NCBI RefSeq assembly: GCF_028641065.1
Contig: NC_073411.1
Location: 13,330,001-13,394,000, forward strand
Length of the DNA: 64,000 nucleotides
Source: Leucoraja erinacea
Lineage: Eukaryota
Direction: 5' to 3'
Shown: one piece after another, positions 49,081 to 60,290 of the stretch
Layout of the letters: each line of letters starts with the position of its first letter
How positions within the stretch are numbered: the stretch's first letter is position 1
Program-made: the position numbers and the translations under genes
The notes under the pieces: generated by a model
What the model was told of the DNA's origin: nothing
Database searches by the model: none
Seen by the model: only the letters and a program-made list of their open reading frames with translations

Positions 49081-52021
49081 GTAGGCGGGAGCGCGCACGG
49101 GCACCCGCACCGGGGGAGGAGAAGGTTCGGTCAGTGGGGGCAGTGATGGCGAGTGGTCAATTAGAGTGGTCAGTGGTGAGTGGTCACTGATGGGGAGATG
49201 AGTGAGGGGTCTGGTGCTGATGGGTCAGTGGACGGTCACTGGTCAGGGGGTCAGTGGGGGGGGGGGCAGTGGTGGGAAGGGTCTGATGAGGGTCAGTGAT
49301 ATTGGTGGGGGTCAGTGGAGGTGGTGGCGTGAGAGTCAGTGGTCAGAGAGAGAGGGGTCAGTGACATTCAAGAGGTAGACAAAAGTGCTGGAGAAACTCA
49401 GCGGGTGCAGCAGCATCTATGGAGCGAAGGAAACAGGTAACATTTCGGGCCCGAAACGTTGCCTATTTCCTTCGCTCCATAGATGCTGCTGCACCCGCTG
49501 AGTTTCTCCAGCCCTTTTGTCTACCTTCCATTTTCCAGCATCTACAGTTCCCCCTTAAACATTCAAGAGGCATTTAATGAACCGGGCACAGGGAATGGAG
49601 GGGTGTGGATCACGTCAAACGGCCCTTTCACTGCCCCCCCCCCCCCCCCGTCATAAACCAGCAGATGCAGTCCCTTCACCCCCACCTCAGCTCAGCATTC
49701 GCCTCAATTTTGACAAAGCTGTCTAGAGTCGTAGACCTCATCTACACTAATCCCACCTGCCCGCGTTTGGCCCATGTCCCTCTAAACATTTCCTTTCCAT
49801 GCATCTGTCCAAGTGTCCTTTAAATGTTGTTATAGTACCTGCTTCAATTATCTCCTCTGGCAGCTAGTTCCAGGTATCCTCCACCCTCTGTGTAAAAATG
49901 TTGCCCCTAGGATTCCTATTAAATCTCTCCCCCCCACCTTAAACCTATGTCCTCTGGTTCTTCATTCTCCTACTCCTACTCTGGGTAACAGATTATTTGC
50001 GTTCACCCTCTCTATTCCCCTCATGATCGTATACACCTCTATAAGACCACCCCTCATCTATGTTGGCATTTGTAGATATAAGGATAAAACAAGTTAATGT
50101 ACATTTGGACTTTCACAATATTTTTGAGAGGAATATTCAGAGTATTGAGTATAGAATCCATGTTCTCCAGAGATGCTACCTATCCCACGGAGGACTTACT
50201 CCAGCCCTTTGCGTCTTGTTTGCAATCCCGCATCTGGTTCCTTGTGCCTTTGGTTAACATTCCGGGTCAGATCACGTTCATCAGAACCAAGGATGGTGCC
50301 ACAAGGCTCCCATAGCAGACATCCAGGGAAAGCTGGGACAACGCTCAAACCTCACGAAGGGTCCCGACCCGAAACGTCGCCTATCCATGATCTCCAGATA
50401 TGCTGCCTGACCCGCTGCGTTACTCCAGCACTTTGTATCTAACTCAAACACCAAACAAAATCGTGGCTTGGCTGGTGATGAGAATGGTCCTGCTGTGAGA
50501 ACCTGCAGCACATCTCGCTAGTTTGCACACCCACTGTTTGCTGCCCTTGGTGGCTGCACCAGGGAAGATTTCTGGAATGTGTATCAACTCTGTGGGCTGT
50601 TGGCTAGTCAGACACTGCTACAAACTTCAACTGAAACCTAGAGAAAGGTTTCCAGCCCGAAACCTACTGATTTATCATTACAAGGAAATGTCGTAACCTG
50701 ACACACACCATTGTTTAGCACTGAAGATACAGTCACTAAGTGCTGGAGTAGCTCAGCGAGTTAGGCAGCATCTCTGGAGAAATATTTTCTCCAGATTTGC
50801 CCCATTGTGTTTCTCCAGCACTTTGTGTCAATCGTTGGTACAAACTAGCATCTGCAGTTCTTTACTTCTGCATTGTTGAGCCAGCACCAGTTGAGCAGAC
50901 GCTGCGAGGGTTTTTTTTAAGTGGGGCTCCGGACCTCCCGTGGTTGCACAGCGAAGGACTGGAACCTATTTAAAACAAAATAAAGTCTGTTTGCTCGAGG
51001 GTTCTGTGTACAGGAATGTTGACATGCTGACCTAATGTGAATGGAATGATGCGGCTGTTACTGAGAATGGCCACACGTACTAGACATATATTTGCAAATA
51101 TTCACTAATGAAATATTTTTTTGTGAAAAATCTGGAAGTGGTCAGCAGGCATAATCTATGGCAAGAATGACTTGGCATTTTCAGGACAACGATTGGGAAA
51201 GGTTAACTCTTTCCAATCTTTCAACAATGTCCTTGTTCCCCCGTGTGCTTCCAGCAAACGCGTTCTCATATTTTTGTCAGATGCCTTTTTTGCTTTTCGA
51301 TCTCCAGGGAGATGTCCTCGGCTCCGACATCTGCAGTAAGCATCGCTGAGCGCTCCGAGCAAAGCCTCCTGTCTTAGTTACAGAGCCCCTCAGCCGCAGT
51401 TAGTTAGCTCTTTGTGTAAACCATTACTGAGTTTCCTGTGTGAGGGGGTGGGAGAGCAGTGAGGGCAATTGGAGGGGCTGGGAGTTTGGAAGGAGTTATA
51501 CGCCGCCTCTCAAAAGACGGTGTAGAACAAACACAAAGTGTTGGGAGTAACTTAGCCGGTCAGGCAGCATCTCTGGAATAAAAGGATGGATGATGTTTTG
51601 GGTCGGAACCTTCTTCAGACGTATAGAAGGGGTGGGGTCCTTCCTGGTGTTTTGCTCATGATTCCAGCATTCCTTGTGTTTCTACCGTGGTTCCCTCTAC
51701 AGCTGGCATTCCTAGTCACTTTGTTTCCGAGTTATCTCTTTAGACGGGGCTGTGCACAGTGCTGCATTGGGTGCATGATTACATTAAATGGCGGTGCTGG
51801 CTCGAAGGGCCGAATGGCCTACTCCTGCACCAATTGTCTATTGTAGACGGGGCTGCATTGGGTGTCCTGTAGATGGGGCTGTGCATGGTGCTGCATTGGT
51901 TGGACTGCAGACGGGGCTGAGTTGAATGCATTGACCAGGAGGCTGCACGAACGGTGCAGCATTGGCGCAGATCCTTGCCCTGGCGGTCAGTGACGTGAGC
52001 ACATCGTGCAGTCAGCGGCGT

Positions 52022-52405
52022 TCGTCAGCGACGCAGCGCGTCGGGCGTCAGTGACGCAAGGCGCCGGGCGGAGCAACAGTCAGTGACGCAAGGCGCCGGG
52101 CGGAGCAACCGTCAGCGACGCAGCGCGCCGGGCGTCAGTGACGTAATGCGCCGGGCGGGGCGACCGTCAGTGACGCAATGCGCCGGGCGGGGCGACCGTC
52201 AGTGACGTAAGGCGCCGGGCGGGGCGACCGTCAGTGACGCAAGGCGCCGGACGGAGCAACCGTCAGTGACGCAGCGCGCCGGGCGTCAGTGACGCAATGC
52301 GCCGGGCGGGGCGACCGTCAGTGACGCAAAGCGCCGGGCGGGGCGACCGTCAGTGACGCATTGCGCCGGGCGGGGCGACCGTCAGTGACGTAAGGCGCCG
52401 GGCGG
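52022..52405 (+). repeat. 32-bp CpG minisatellite with half-CRE palindromes and GC boxes, upstream of UBE2D exon B
   Basis: About 13 units of CGTCAGTGACGYAANGCGCCGGGCGGGGCGAC, with a few 23-24 bp variants. Confidence 0.9.
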
Positions 52406-52431
52406 CGAGGCGGGCGGGCGGACGGACGGGG

Positions 52432-52455
52432 ATGGCGAAGAGGCGGATCCTGAAG
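52432..52455 (+). CDS. UBE2D: UBE2D-type first coding exon B (MAKRRILK)
   Basis: ggggATGG context, 24 coding nt, phase-0 donor GTAAGC. Nucleotide-homologous to exons A and C. Confidence 0.68.
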
Positions 52456-55400
52456 GTAAGCGGGCGGCTGGAGAAGGGTCTCGACCCGACACGTCACCCG
52501 TACCCTCTCCCCACACACGCTGCCCGTCCCGCTGAGTTACTCCAGCTTTTTGTGTCCTTCTTCGGGGAGAGGGGAGGACAGCAGCCGCCCACGCCCCGGC
52601 CCCGGCCCCGGCCCGCCGGACACTCTCTTCCAGGCAGCATCTGACCAGCGTGTCTAGGGCGGCGGTGGGGGCACCGAGAGGAGAAGACTCCCCCCCCCCA
52701 GGCCGCCATGAGGGACGTGGGCCCAGAACCGGGGGGGGGGGGGGGAGATTCTTCTTCTTGGTTTCTTGGTCCTCTAAAATATTCCAAATGGATTTAAACT
52801 GGAGGTGGAGGTGGTACCCCATCTCTCCCCCCTCCCCCACCCCCTCTCTCCTCCCCTCCTCCTCCCATCCCTCTCTCCCCAAACCCCACTGCCCTCTCTA
52901 CCCCACCCCCTTCCCTCTCTCCCTCCGCCCCCTTCCCCCTACCCCTCTGTCCCTCTTCCACCACTCCCCGGGAATAAAAGAGATTGGGAGAGGAGGGGTG
53001 AGGGGAGGGATGGGTGGGGGGAGAGGAGGGGAGGGGTGGTTGAAGGGGAGAGGGGGGTGGCGGGGGAAGGGTTTGGGATGGGGAAGGGAGGAGGACGGGA
53101 TGGGGAGAGGGGAGGTGAAGGGATGGGAGATGGTGAAGGTAGAAGGGATGGGGAGAGGAAGTGAAGGGATGGGAGAAGGCGGAGTTGGGGAACTGGATGG
53201 GAGATGGCTGGGGAAGGAATGGAGGGGATAGAATGGGGGGGAAAGAGGGGATGGGGAGTACTGTGGAGCAACTTGGATCCGTCCTTCAGAGATGCTGCTT
53301 AAACCGTGGAGTTCTCCACCACTTTGTGTCTTTTTATAGTGAACAGCTTGGCCATCAAAAGTAGTGTTTGGGTTGGGACTGAAGAAGGGTTTTAGGTTTT
53401 GGGTCTGATAAAGGGTCCCGACCTGAAGTGGCACCTATCCATGTTCTCCGAGATGCTGCCTGACCCGCTGAGTTACTCCAGCATTTTGTGTCTTTATTTC
53501 CCCTCAGGAACTCGGTGCCTGAGAGTGCAGTAGAGTCAAAGTTAAGATATATTTGATAAGCACTTGAGAGCTGTACGTGCAACACTACAGGCCCCTATTG
53601 GAGACTTGGATTAAACTGTGTATCTGGACCAAAGGATGATCTCCATATCATAAGTTTAGGACGGCTGTACAGAGTAGCAATGTGATGATGATCAGATAAT
53701 CTGTAGCTGCCGGTTAGGGGATAAATGTCCACTGGGACGCCTGGGGAACATTTAATTGGAAACGGCGTACAGCGATCTGATCTGATAAATACAGGTTAAT
53801 ACGGAAATGAAACTGAAAGTTAAACGAGTGCTACACAATGCGTGTAGCTTGTCACGGGTTTATTGAACACATTTTAGTCATATGTCCTTGTGCCTCCTTT
53901 GGTCTGGTGCCAAATCTTGCCTGATGATGCTCCAGGTAAAGATCTTGGGGCATCTCATTGGATTTAAAGTTTAAGAAAGAACTGCAGATGCCGGAAAAAT
54001 CGAAGGTAGACAAACATGCTGGAAAAACTCAGCGGGTGAGGCAGCATCTGTGGAGCAAAGGAATAGGTGGCGTTTCGGGTTGATACCCTTCTTCAGTCCC
54101 AAAACGTCACCTATTCCTTCGCTCCATAGATGCTGCCTCGCCCGCTGAGTTTCTCCAGAATTTTTGTCCACCTTCATTAGATTTAAAGGTGCGTTTCCAA
54201 CACATTGTTACTGGATGTAAGAAAACTGCGGATCTCAAATCTACCAGTTAATATAGAAACAATTAAGGATTGTGTAAAAAAGGGTAACATCTCACATGGT
54301 TAAAAGAGAGGTCTATTATTGTTGACGAGTGCCACTGTTCAGTGAAAAGGTTTTGTTCGCGAGCCATCCAATCAAGTCAGATAATCCTATATATGAATAC
54401 AATCTAGCCAAAACACAATGGGTAGAGCGATGAGAAATATACCAGAGTGCAGAGTATAGTTCTCAGCATTCTTCCAGAACAGTTCAAGAATAAAGAGTCC
54501 AATATCTGCATGACGTATGTTTGAAAACTGGGACAGTACCCGAACTTCTGGAAGGACCATTCAGTGGCCTGATAACAGAGGGGGAAAAGCTGTTCCTGAG
54601 TCTGGTGGTGCTTGCGTTCTAACTTTTGTACCTTCTGTCGGATGGGAGAAGGGAAAAGGAAAGACCGGGGTGGGACAAGTCTTTGATTATGTTGTCTGCT
54701 TTCCTGAGGCAGTATGAAGTGTAGATGGGGTCGATGATGGGGTCTGTGTGTTGACTACAACAACATCCACTACTCCCTGCAATTTCTTGCAGTCTTGGGC
54801 AGAGCTGCTCCCCAACAAAGCTGTGATGCAATCTGACAGAATGCCTCCTGTGGTGCACCTGTAAAAGTTTGTAAGAGTCGTTGGAGACACGTCAAAAAGA
54901 GTTTAGTTAGACAAAGTGAAAATATGAAAATATTATTTTAGATTATGTTTGGGGATGATTGTGACCAAGGGATTTTGTCGTGAAGTGCTGTACGTAGTAT
55001 TAAAAAAGAACAGAGAGGCATTGTTACGGATGCTTGTAAGAGGAAATTAACCCAAGCAGGAAGTTATTACTGGGGAAAATCTAATTCCAGGCAAACCATA
55101 GGTAATTAAAATAATGATTTAAAAAGTCAAGTTGGACAAAGACCAAAGCAATCCATGGGGTGAGATAAATTCCAAAGAATTAGGATTGCAGATACATGCA
55201 GCACTGAATTATTGTGTGTAAAGAAGTTGTCACAAGGATGGAGGCTTTAGGACTCAAACTGGGACCTTTCCTGTCATTTCCCTGTGATGTGGGCCTGGAA
55301 TAAGGACTGTTTTGGGGAGTTTGGTGCCGGGAATGGTCATAGAAACATAGACCCATAGAAAATAGGTGCCAGAGTAGGCCATTCAGCCCTTCGAGCCTGC

Positions 55401-56440
55401 ACCGCCATTAAATATGATCATGGCTGATCATCCAACTCAGTATCCCGTACCTGCCTTCTCTCCATACCCCCTGATCCCTTTAGCCACAAGGACCACATCT
55501 AACTCCCTCTTTAATATAGCCAATGAACTGGCCTCAACTACCTTCTGTGGCAGAGAGTTCCAAAGATGTTTTTCTCATCTCGGTCCTAAAGGATTTCCCC
55601 TTCATCCTTAAACTGTGACTCCTTGTCCTGGACTTCCCCAACATCGGGAACAATCTTCCTGCATCTAGCCTGTCTAACCCCTTAAGAATCTTTGATGTGG
55701 TCAAATGTGTGTCATGATGTGGTCTGCCCATCAGAGACGGTTAGTGTGATTGGGGCATCTGGCCCAATAGAGGACACTGCCCTTGGTTTGAAAGGATTCT
55801 GAGCATTTTGCAGAGTTGGTGGTATCTCACCAATGTCTGTAACGGGTAGTCCCGGAATCTCTCAGGGATCACTTCTTCCAGGGACACTTAAACTTTATGT
55901 GGGATTTGAGTTCTCGATCTTCAAATACCTTTCCCCAGAGGAGCGTGGTTGTGCTGTCACAATGAGGTGAGCTTCAGGGTACTTTCAGTGGCAGGCAGCT
56001 GCCAAGTAGTGGGAAACCAGCCACATTTCCCGGGGCCTTGTCGTGCACCATTATTGTCAGAGTATGGAGTTCTTCAAAATTCAAGAGAGTTTATTGTCAT
56101 GTGTCCCATATAGGACAATGAAATTCTTGCTTTGCTTCAGCACAACAGAACATAGTAGGCATGACTACAAAACAGATCCATATACCATTATATAAATATA
56201 AACACACATGAATAAATAAACTGATAAAGTGCAAATAACAGATAATGGGCTATTAATGTTCAGAGTTTTGTCCGAGCCAAGTTTAATAGCCTGATGGCTG
56301 TGGGGAAGTAGCTATTCCTGAACCTGGTCGTTGCGTCCCATATAGGACAATGAAATTCTTGCTTTGCTTCAGCACAACAGAATATAGTAGGCATAAATAA
56401 ATACAGAACAGAACTGATCAGTGTGACCATATACTAATGA

Positions 56441-56475
<35 letters not shown>

Positions 56476-59274
56476 AATAAACAGATATTTTATCGGACAA
56501 CAGACATTGATTGAAGATCTGCGTTTAGCAGATCTTAGAATAAGACCCATCCTCTCATATTCTTCAGTTGAGGTTAACTTGAGCTTCTGAAGTGGATACC
56601 ATTCGGTTCCACCTGCAGTCCCAAACCCACATACCAGTTCAAGATGACGGTAATACTGCACTGTTAAAGATGTAAGGTTACAGATAGCTCCCTGTATTCT
56701 TCTGCGACTTGTCCTATATTAGCTGTTGATTATTTCTAAAATTAAATTGTGCTTTATTATGCTCCACCTCTTGTTGATGTTGCTAAATGTTAGCCATGCT
56801 GTGAGGACAGAGCCTACGATGGGAACTTGCATGTGGGGTATAATGTAGGAAAAGGTGCGGTTATCCATTTTGAGAAGGAAAATAAAGAAGGGGATTATTA
56901 TTGAAATCTTCTTCTTGTGTATGGCGTGCACAGCCTAAAGTTGTAGGACAACTTGTTCTATTTGATTGTGCACGCCAGGTTGATTGCATTTGTTGAAACA
57001 GGGCGGACCACGTGACGGTTGCAATCTCCCACCACATTATTGAAATGGAGGCTTCAGAATACAGTTGCCGAAACGTTGCCTATTTCCTTCGCTCCATAGA
57101 TGCTGCTGCACCCGCTGAGTTTCTCCAGCACTTTTGTCTACCCCAGGTTTATTATTGTCCTGTGATCGAGGCCCGATGAAAAGCTTTGTTTTCTATGCCA
57201 TCAAATCAGATAATAATATTCTTAAATACAATCAAGCCAAACTCAAAGTACAATAGGTAAGGCAAAGGGAAATATACAGAGTGGAGAATATAGTTTTCAG
57301 CTTTGTGGCGCATCAGGTCCAGAGACAAAGTCCAATATCCTCACTGAGGTAGAGGCAAATCGGAGAGTACCCCGGCTTGTGGAAGGACCATTCAGAAGCC
57401 TGATAAGCAGGGGAAGACCCTCCATCAGTCGGAAGAAGGGTTTTGGCCCGAAACGTTGCCTATTTCCTTCACTCCATAGATGCTGCTGCACCCGCTGAGT
57501 TTCTCCAGCACTTTTGTCTAAGCAGGGGAAGAAGCTGTTCCTGAGTCTGGTTGTGTGCGCTTTCAAACTTTTGTACCTTCTGCCATAGGAGCGGGCAATG
57601 CAGCTCAAAGGCTTCTGTTTCTTCTCATGCGCAATCTGTACACACGTTGACTTTGCCAGCACTGTTCTGCTGAAACATCAACTCTATTTCACTTTCCACA
57701 GATGCTGACTGACCTGATGAGTATGTGCAGCATTTCTGTGAGAGTTGTAGCAAAAAATGATCGTCTCTGGGCCCCAGAGTGCGGAATGTTTTATATTAAA
57801 TGCCTGGTTAGCTGAAAGGGAAATGAATGGGGGTGTGGGTCAGGGGGCATGGGCAGGGGGAGAGAGGGAGGGTGATTTGGGCAATGACGGAGTGGTGGAG
57901 TGGACGGGGCCAGTTCGGCGGGGACGAGGCAGTGTGGGGATGGAGGCACTGGGGATAGGGCAATGGGTAGGGTGGCTGGTGGGTTGCGGGGGGGGGGGGG
58001 TGGGTTGTTGGGGAGCGGGAGGCTCATGCCAGTGGCCTCCGTCCCCTCGGCTCTGGTTTGAGGTGGTGTTGGGGGTGGAGCAGGGAGAGTGAGAGGACGG
58101 TGGGTAGGGGGAATGAGGAGGGTAGCGACAGCGAGGGTATGGTGGGAGGAGGGTAGGGGGACAGGATTATGAGGGGTAGGGGTCGAGGGATCAGTGGGAG
58201 GAGTAGCGAGAGCGAGGGGGGGTAGGTATGGTAAAAGGGGCAGGGGGAGTGAGAAGGGAGGGTGAGAGGTGAGGTGTAGGGGTGGGGTGAGAGAGTGGTG
58301 GTGTGCGAGAGGGGAGGGGTGCGAGAGGGGAGTGAAAGAGGGAGGGAGGTTAGGGGGACGGGGTAGGGATGAGGAGGGTTAGGGGGACTGGTAGTGGGGT
58401 AAGGGTAGAGAGCATGAGTGGGTTGGGGGGGGGATGTGTGTATGGGGGGGGGAGGGCGTGTGTGTGGAGGGGAGGGGATGTGAGTGGGGGGGCTGTGGGG
58501 GTGAGAAGGGGGGATGTGTGAGTGGGGGGCTATGTGTGTGTGTGGGGGTGTGTGAGAAGGGGGGTTGTGTGTGTGGGGGGGTGAGGAGGGGGGGATGTGT
58601 GAGTGGGGGGGTGAGGAGGGGGGGGGGGTGGTGTGTGAGTGGGGGGGGCTATGTGTGTGGGCTATGTGTGTGTGGGGGGTGGTGAGAGGGGGGGGGATGT
58701 GTGAGTGGGGGGCTATGTGTGTGGTGGGGATCTGTGTGTGTGTGGTGTGGGGGTGAGAAGGGGGGAGATGTGTGAGTGGGGGGCTATGTGTGTGTGGTGT
58801 GGGGGGGGGGGGGGGTATGAATGGGGGGTATGTGGGTAGTGTGTGTGTGTGGGGGGGGCTATGTGTGTGTGTGGGGGGGGGGATGTATGAGTGGGGGGGG
58901 GCTATGTGTGTGTGTGGGGGGGGGTGTATGTGGGGGGGGGGGGTGTGTGTGTGTGGGGGGGGGGGGGTGGGGGTGGGGGTGTATGTGGGGGGGGGGGGGT
59001 GGTGTNNNNNNNNNNNNNNNNNNNNNNNNNNNNNNNNNNNNNNNNNNNNNNNNNNNNNNNNNNNNNNNNNNNNNNNNNNNNNNNNNNNNNNNNNNNNNNN
59101 NNNNNNNNNNNNNNNNNNNNNNNNNNNNNNNNNNNNNNNNNNNNNNNNNNNNNNNNNNNNNNNNNNNNNNNNNNNNNNNNNNNNNNNNNNNNNNNNNNNN
59201 NNNNGGGGGGGGCTGTGTGTGTGTGGGGGGGGGGCTGGGGGGGGGGGGGGGGGGGGCTATGTGTGTGTGGGGGA

Positions 59275-59387
59275 TGGGCGAGAAGCGCGTCTCCCGGCCC
59301 TACTGCGCCTGCGCCGGGCCTGCAGTGCGCCTGCGTCGGTGGGCCGAGTGCGGGGCGGAGCGGCGGCGGGGCCGGGTCCGGCGGGGC
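59275..59387 (+). promoter_or_regulatory. CpG-rich promoter of UBE2D exon C
   Basis: Two NRF1-like TGCGCCTGCG motifs and a GGGGCGG box just upstream of the ATG. Confidence 0.6.
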
Positions 59388-59411
59388 ATGGCGCTGAGGC
59401 GGATCCAGAAG
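59388..59411 (+). CDS. UBE2D: UBE2D-type first coding exon C (MALRRIQK), closest to the canonical MALKRIQK
   Basis: ggcATGG context, 24 coding nt, donor GTAAGC, inside a CpG island. The rest of the gene presumably lies beyond the window. Confidence 0.8.
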
Positions 59412-59744
59412 GTAAGCGAGGGCGATGCCGATGCCGGCCTCCGAGGACTGGCCCCATCCGCCGGCCGCCCGCCCGCCTCATCGCCACAGTTACCGGTGAT
59501 CACAGTGGGCCGAGCCGAGGCCCCGGGCCTATGGCGAGCGGAGAGCCGCGGCCTGAACTCAGGCGGTCCGCCGCCTCAAGCGGCTCCCGGCCCGGACACC
59601 CGCCGCTGCCCCACCGTCTCCCTGTCCCCCACCACCACCTCTATCCTCCCCGAACCCCTTCCCAATGTCTCCCCAGCCCCTCCAAATGTCCTCCCTTCAC
59701 CCCCTCTCAATATCCTACCCCCACCTCATCTCAAACTCTCTTCA

Positions 59745-60290
59745 CACCGTCTCAATGCCCCCCCCCCACCCCGTCTAAATGCCCCACCCCCACACCGTCT
59801 AAATGTACCCCCCCCACCCCGTCTAAATGCCCCCCCCCCCACCCCGTCTAAATGCCCCCCCCCCACACCCGTCTAAATGCCCCCCCCCCACCCCGTCTAA
59901 ATGCCCCCCCCACCCCGTCTAAATGCCCCCCCCCCCACCCCGTCTAAATGCCCCCCCCCCACCCCGTCTAAATGCCCCCCCCACACCGTCTAAATGCCCC
60001 CCCCCCACACCGTCTAAATGTACCCCCCACCCCCCCGTCTAAATGCCCCCTCCCCACCGTCAATGCCCCCCCAACCCCGTCTAAATGTCCCCCACCCCCC
60101 CTAAATGCCCCCCCCCCTCTCAATGTCCCCCCCCCCAAATGTCCTCCAACCCCTCTAAATGTCCCCCCCCCCCCCTCTCATGTCCCCTCAACCCCCTCTC
60201 AATGTCCCCCCCCCCCAAACCTCCTCTCAATGCCCCCCCCCCCCAAACCCCCTCTCAATGTCCCCCCAACCGCCTCTCAATGTCCTCCCT
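59745..60290. repeat. C-rich minisatellite (CCGTCTAAATGCCCCCCCCA-type units) downstream of UBE2D exon C
   Basis: Many units with variable C-run length. Confidence 0.85.

Noticed and set aside
53500-53545. cag|GAACTCGGT... as a possible UBE2D exon 2 (starts EL)
   Set aside because: It hits a stop after ELGA and resembles a decayed CR1 WNSLPE segment.
56434-56931. Minus-strand 70-75 aa ORFs in partly unique sequence
   Set aside because: No recognisable homology and no consistent exon chain.
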